In this document: positions 61,770 to 64,000 of the stretch, one piece after another
Numbering within the stretch: position 1 is the first letter of the stretch
Layout of the letters: each line of letters starts with the position of its first letter
DNA from: Haliotis cracherodii
Taxonomy: Eukaryota
Length of the DNA: 64,000 bases
Direction: 5' to 3'
NCBI RefSeq assembly: GCF_022045235.1
Contig: NW_027266270.1
Coordinates: forward strand, 29,636,001 to 29,700,000
The notes under the pieces: generated by a model
The model's database searches: none
The model's input: the letters and a program-made list of their open reading frames with translations, nothing else
Told to the model about the DNA's origin: nothing
Translations under genes and position numbers: made by a program

Positions 61770-63068
61770 ATTCCATTATTTGTACATGTGAAAGGGCTAT
61801 CCCATTTCTGGTCAAAGGGACATGAGTGATAATATAGTAAAAGGTCTCTTATAAATAGCAGTATTGACCCATTACATTAAGATTCTGCTCATAAGTACGA
61901 AATATTATTTATTATCATCAACAACAAGAAATCTTAAGATTCCATTAAATGTAGATTTTAAAGGCATAATCCCACTTCTGGTCAAGGTGATATGAGTCAT
62001 GATATAGTAAAAAATCTCTTAAAATTAGAAATATTGACCCATTACATAAAGATTCTGCTCATAAGTGCGAAATATTATTTACTATCATCAACCAACAAGA
62101 AATCTTAAGATTCCATTAAATGTAGATTTTAAAGGCATTATCCCACTTCTGGTCAAGGTGATATGAGTCATAATATAGTCAAAAATCTCTTAAAATTAGA
62201 AATATTGACCCATTGCATTCAGATTCTGCTCACAAGAATTTACTATCAGTAGTCATGAAGAAATCTTAAGATTCCATTAATTGTAGATTTTAAAAGGATT
62301 ATTCCATTTATGGTCGAGGCAAAATGAGTCTTAATATAGTCAAAAATCTTGTAAAATTAACAGTATTAACCCATTGCATTCACGTTCTGCTCACAAGTGC
62401 GAAATGTTATTTATTATCATCAGCCGAGAACAGATTCCATTAACTGTAGATTTTAAAGGTGTTATTCCATTTATGGTTGAGCGAGTAAGTGACTATGGTT
62501 TTATGCTGCTTTTAGCAATATTCCAGCAATATTACTGGGGGACACCAGAAAAAGGCTTCACTCATTGTACCCATATTGGGAATCAACCCAGGTTTTCGGC
62601 GTCACGAGCCAATGCTTTAACCACTAGGCTACCCGACCGCCCCCACTTATGGTTGAGGTGATATGAGTGATAAATAGAGGTTATCACGCGAGTGTGTTTT
62701 GGGATGGTAAATATCCTGTATTAGGAATAAACATTGTATTTAGCGAGCCTTGGCTTGTTAAATACATAGTAATTGATATTTCTCCAGATTCCCGATGGTT
62801 AATTCTGACTTGATCGCGGAATGACAGGGGCGATGCCATGTTTGTTTATAAACAGTGAAAGTAGTCCCAACTTGTCCTTTGATATTTGCATCTCTATCCG
62901 CATATGACCCCAACGGATATCGTTTTTATCCATTGGCTTTATTCTGCTGAGAAACCTACCCATTATATGATAATACAGTATAAAAAGAAAATCTTAAGAT
63001 TCAATTAACTGTAGATTTTACAGGTGTTCTCCCTTTTTCTGGTCGAGGCCATATAAGTAATAATATAT
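61770..63068. repeat. ~160-171-bp tandem repeat, ~4.5 units, interrupted by a SINE and another insert
   Basis: TTCCATTAA(A/C/T)TGTAGATTTTAAAGG recurs at ~61940, 62111, 62272, 62436 and ~63000. Confidence 0.85.
62482..62646 (-). mobile_element. tRNA-derived SINE family 1 inserted in the tandem repeat
   Basis: TSD TTATGGTTGAG at 62471-62481 and 62647-62657. Confidence 0.85.
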
Positions 63069-63199
63069 ACTGAACAACAAAAGTTCCTGTGACATTAAAT
63101 AAGATTTAAAGCAAAGTTATGTTTTTTACCAAATCTGAAACAATCTCCGTTTGCAACAGATAAAAGACTCCTGTAAATGTTCAAATGGTTTAATTTGTC

Positions 63200-63945
63200 A
63201 TACTAAATGTTTCTGAATCAGCTCCAAGTCTTATGGTCTATGGCGAATGTGGTAGATACCCGTTATATATTTGTTCATATTTACGTTTACTCAGATACTG
63301 TCTCAAAATAACAGAGATGTCGCGGGAACGAATCCCAAGAAAATGCTACGAAATGCTTGTCTATCGTGATAGTGTTGGTTACGTAACCTGGGCATCAAAC
63401 ATTAAGCATTTACTGTTCTCTCACGGATTTGGATATTTTTGGCTAAATCAAAGCGTTGGAGACAAAATGTATTTTCTTAGCTCTTTTAAGCAGGTAGCGT
63501 AGTAAATTACTTAGTAAATCCGATATGTCCAGAAATAATTAGTTGTTTTGAAACTTTCGCATCTAGATCAGGTGTATCTACATTTCATTTTTGTCTGTTT
63601 TTTTCTACTAGAAATGCATATACATTTAAATTGTCAAATTGTCATGACATGATGAGTTTATTACTGATAGATCCTTTTGTATTGAACGTCGTGCTATGGC
63701 TGAAAGCCTTTGCGACGTAAAACTTCATATTTCCATTCCATTCCTTTTGTATTCCTTTTGTATTTTATACTACTACTGCTGCCACTGTGGTTATTACAAC
63801 TGTTATTACAATACCTCTATTACATGTCAAGCATCATATTAGTTATCCAATAATCATATAATGCGCTGTACAGCTGTAAATGATATTGTTTATCTGTATG
63901 TGTATATGGGCCAATAGCCTTTCATAAAATAAAGATTTATTCATT
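63200..63945 (+). mobile_element. 3' fragment of a LINE (CR1/L2-group-like ORF2 C-terminus plus 3' UTR)
   Basis: VYGECGRYPL...WASNIKHLL..GFGYFWLNQ motif; AATAAA near 63928. Confidence 0.55.
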
Positions 63946-64000
63946 GACTTCAGAAAATGCGTGATTTCATAAAAAAAACATGAACATGCCAAAATGTCAA

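Overview
This is AT-rich eukaryotic DNA, most likely from a spiralian (gastropod mollusc, possibly abalone, inferred from the SINE families and gene types). It contains no rRNA, true tRNA or CRISPR. The left two-thirds hold a cluster of two-exon TALE-class homeobox genes on the minus strand: one divergent paralog (partial, at the window start) and a near-identical tandem array of five copies with a ~4.33-kb period, the last of which is pseudogenised. The most striking signal is a family of I-group (APE + RT + RNase H) non-LTR retrotransposons with (TAAG)n tails. It has inserted four times, from at least three subfamilies and in two diverged paralogs, into the same spot in the homeobox core promoter. 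All four are in the gene's orientation, with the 5' junction about 31 nt downstream of the TATA box, i.e. at the predicted transcription start. Three of them form a head-to-tail stack whose target-site duplications (TSDs) record the insertion order. The youngest, full-length copy now sits directly under the host CCAAT/TCF/TATA promoter. This looks like a promoter-targeting, promoter-hijacking LINE system. The right third holds a three-exon secreted bacterial-type GHL10 (YngK/DigH-like) glycoside hydrolase gene, mariner and Tc1 remnants, many SINEs, a SINE-derived minisatellite and a ~170-bp tandem repeat.
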